Shown here piece after piece: positions 63,770 through 64,000 of a stretch of DNA of 64,000 nt. Made by a program: the position numbers and the translations under genes. The DNA is taken from positions 16,182,001 to 16,246,000 of the forward strand of contig OY740801.1 of assembly GCA_963514005.1 (NCBI GenBank), read 5' to 3'. The DNA is from Raja brachyura. Taxonomy: Eukaryota. Positions within the stretch are counted from its first letter, which is position 1; every line of letters begins with the position of its first letter. The notes below the pieces were generated by a model that did no database searches, was not told the origin of the DNA, and saw only the letters and a list, made by a program, of their open reading frames with translations.

Positions 63770-64000
63770 CAAACAGTATTGCTGATTGCCAGGCCATCCG
63801 TGATTGATGACTGAGACGAGCTTCCGCAGGGTGGCATCTTCTGTCGTGTGAACCACCAACGTATCCAGATGTGAAGGATGAGTGAAATCAACTGCCATCA
63901 CGTCAAAAGTGTCTATTTCTGATGTGTGCTGGGCGTTTGACCTCCTGGGAGCACGGAATAAGGTGTCAGCCTGATACATGTGCTTAGCAATACTGTTTGA
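63770..64000 (-). mobile_element. Gypsy-type LTR retrotransposon pol fragment (RNase H to integrase linker)
   Basis: KHMYQADTLFRAP...EDATLRKLVSVINHGWP resembles the conserved ADxLSR...DxxLxxxxxxIxxGWP pattern. Confidence 0.6.

Noticed and set aside
1-64000. A novel prokaryotic-style system (CRISPR, defence operon, retron)
   Set aside because: The DNA is a spliced vertebrate gene. All RT and nuclease remnants belong to known eukaryotic transposon classes, and there is no operon structure or repeat-spacer array.
41400-64000. Upstream TNRC6A exons (lysine-rich EEKKKKK and ATEQKIK-type exons)
   Set aside because: I could not find them by eye. They are probably beyond the window, though a very short exon could have been missed.

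Overview
Eukaryotic (vertebrate) DNA. The repeat content (CR1, Penelope-like, Rex1, HE1-like SINEs, Tc1) suggests a cartilaginous fish, probably a skate or ray; this is an inference. The window covers most of a TNRC6A (GW182 family, miRNA-silencing scaffold) gene on the minus strand. I traced 21 coding exons by hand from 41398 down to position 1, all with GT-AG boundaries and consistent phases. They include a 2883-bp GW-repeat exon, a putative 33-nt basic microexon, the PAM2 motif and the RRM. I did not find the first exons, and the stop codon lies off the left edge. Introns are filled with decayed and nested transposons. Best leads: minimal hammerhead-ribozyme motifs in Penelope-type terminal repeats (one intact copy in the pre-mRNA sense), an in-frame 77-codon alternative exon extension, a GW-repeat expansion, a non-autonomous Helitron with a 30-bp tandem array, and a templated 89-bp insertion inside a Tc1 terminal repeat. 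No prokaryotic-type system is present. Comparisons with human paralogs are from memory, not from an alignment, and most transposon boundaries are approximate.
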